The translations under genes and the position numbers were made by a program. Below are positions 18,323 to 19,703 of a DNA stretch of 19,703 nucleotides, piece after piece. Positions within the stretch are counted from its first letter, which is position 1. Every line of letters begins with the position of its first letter. The notes under the pieces are model-generated. The model saw only the letters and a list, made by a program, of their open reading frames with translations. It made no database searches and was not told the origin of the DNA. The DNA comes from a virus (taxonomy: Duplodnaviria; Heunggongvirae; Uroviricota; Caudoviricetes): the IMG/VR virus record IMGVR_UViG_2778261252_000009, positions 1 to 19,703 of that record. The stretch is one strand, 5' to 3'.

Positions 18323-18591
18323 GGAGGCTAACTTCTTGTTTACTAGTAAGCTGTTGAAAGAAATGGTAATTTACGATAATGTTTTTTACCAGAATTCAGG
18401 GCGCAGATTCATTCAGCGCACCTAAACGATAGTAAAGTAACAATATATTTTACTAGTGTAATCACATTAGGTATCAACGGCTATATGAATTGCGTTGGCC
18501 TATATTAGCATGGAATGCGAAGCGGCTTTATCTTACTGAACGCCACACTGGCGAAAAATGTGTTCGATAGACGCAGTGTCAGGAGGAACGA

Positions 18592-18969
18592 GTGAAACAT
18601 AAACAACGTTGGGCGGGGGCAATCTGCTGTTTTGTCCTCTTCATTGTGGTGTGCCTTTTTCTGGCGACGCACATGAAAGGCGCTTTTCGGGCTGCCGGGC
18701 ATCCTGAAATCGGCTTGCTATTTTTCATTCTTCCTGGAGCAGTCGCCAGCTTCTTTTCACAGCGTAGAGAAGTCCTGAAACCTCTGTTTGGCGCAATGCT
18801 GGCGGCACCCTGTTCGATGCTCATTATGCGGCTGTTTTTTTCACCGACGCGCTCATTCTGGCAAGAGCTGGCATGGTTACTAAGCGCGGTGTTCTGGTGT
18901 GCGCTGGGGGCACTGTGTTTCTTATTTATCAGTAGTTTGTTTAAACCACAGCACAGAAAAAATCAGTAA
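18592..18969 (+). CDS. ybjM: Inner membrane protein YbjM
   Basis: 125 aa, GTG start with AGGAGG 5 nt upstream; hydrophobic; position between ybjL and grxA as in E. coli. Confidence 0.88.
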   Translation: MKHKQRWAGAICCFVLFIVVCLFLATHMKGAFRAAGHPEIGLLFFILPGAVASFFSQRREVLKPLFGAMLAAPCSMLIMRLFFSPTRSFWQELAWLLSAVFWCALGALCFLFISSLFKPQHRKNQ

Positions 18970-18992
18970 AGCCCTCAACGCGAGGGCTTGTC
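18969..18992. terminator. Bidirectional hairpin terminator between convergent ybjM and grxA
   Basis: AAGCCCTC-AACGC-GAGGGCTT directly after the ybjM stop and before the grxA stop. Confidence 0.6.
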
Positions 18993-18998
18993 AGACGA

Positions 18999-19256
18999 TC
19001 AGGCGTCCAGATTTTCTTTCACCCATGCAGCAAAATCGGTATAGCCGCCGATATGTTGCTGATCGACAAAAATCTGCGGCACGGTTTCTACGGGTTTACC
19101 TGCCTTTTGTTGTAGATCTTCTTTAGTGATCCCTTCCGCACGAATATCTACATACTGATACTGAAAATCATCGCGTTCATTGCTCAATTTCTCAGCCAGA
19201 TCTTTTGCACGCACACAGTAAGGGCAACCCGAACGACCAAAAATAACGGTTTGCAT
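18999..19256 (-). CDS. grxA: Glutaredoxin 1
   Basis: 85 aa from MQTVIFGRSGCPYCVRAK with the CPYC active site; ATG at 19254-19256. Confidence 0.93.
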   Translation of the reverse strand: MQTVIFGRSGCPYCVRAKDLAEKLSNERDDFQYQYVDIRAEGITKEDLQQKAGKPVETVPQIFVDQQHIGGYTDFAAWVKENLDA

Positions 19257-19415
19257 TATTTCTCTCCTCATAGATTTATGCCTGTAATGATCACGCTAAA
19301 ATGTATTCGCTGAAAGTAGGTTTAACCTGTTGCATTAATTGCTAAAAGCTATAACTGTTAAACACAATACAGTGAAAAGTTTTAGACTGAAGGCTCACTT
19401 TGCAGAGGGAAGCGT

Positions 19416-19703
19416 ATGCGCGCGATCGGTAAATTGCCTAAAGGCGTGTTGATACTGGAATTTATCGGAATGATGCTACTGGCGGTGGCGCTGCTGTCGG
19501 TAAGCGACTCCCTGTCGCTGCCTGAGCCATTTTCTCGGCCAGAAGTGCAGATTCTGATGATTTTTCTCGGTGTTTTGCTCATGCTTCCCGCTGCGGTGGT
19601 GGTTATTCTTCAGGTGGCAAAACGTCTTGCCCCACAGCTGATGAACCGTCCACCGCAATATTCACGTTCAGAAAGAGAAAAAGATAATGACGCCAACCAT
19701 TGA
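19416..19703 (+). CDS. ybjC: Small membrane protein YbjC
   Basis: 95-aa ORF ending at the window edge with TGA; hydrophobic segments; synteny with grxA. Confidence 0.85.
   Translation: MRAIGKLPKGVLILEFIGMMLLAVALLSVSDSLSLPEPFSRPEVQILMIFLGVLLMLPAAVVVILQVAKRLAPQLMNRPPQYSRSEREKDNDANH

Noticed and set aside
18505-18824. Minus-strand ORFs of 65 and 81 aa across the ybjL-ybjM intergenic region and ybjM start
   Set aside because: Overlap the recognised ybjM gene and its promoter region antisense; no RBS and no recognisable domain
1059-18989. Same 7-bp stem (AGCCCTC/GAGGGCT) in the hairpin before int and in the ybjM-grxA terminator
   Set aside because: A short GC-rich stem shared by two unrelated terminator-like hairpins is most likely coincidence, not a mobile repeat; flanks and loops differ
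1-19703. CRISPR arrays, tRNA or rRNA genes
   Set aside because: No regularly spaced short repeats and no tRNA-like or rRNA-like sequence recognised anywhere in the window by eye; integration appears intergenic, not in a tRNA

Overview
The window holds a ~16.4 kb defective P2/186-family prophage inserted beside the E. coli core genes ybjL-ybjM-grxA-ybjC (16637-19703). A 22-bp imperfect direct repeat (19-40 and 16402-16423) brackets it and is the likely att core. Reading by eye, the prophage keeps a 186-like early region: integrase, a CI-like repressor with a tandemly duplicated HTH domain, apl, cII, small early ORFs, a TraR-type zinc finger, Dam methylase, and the rolling-circle replication protein A. 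It also keeps a LexA-box-controlled DinI-like module, a cos-like remnant, portal Q, tail genes U and D, and ogr. All capsid, lysis and most tail genes are missing: an N-terminally truncated terminase P abuts an N-terminally truncated tape-measure T. Two visibly AT-rich cargo genes sit at variable positions. One is a single-gene OLD-family ATPase/Toprim nuclease between int and cI. The other is a 353-aa protein with a PIN-like N-terminal domain between the cos remnant and Q, which is my best candidate for an undescribed single-gene anti-phage or abortive-infection effector. All family assignments come from motif recognition and recalled homology, not from searches.
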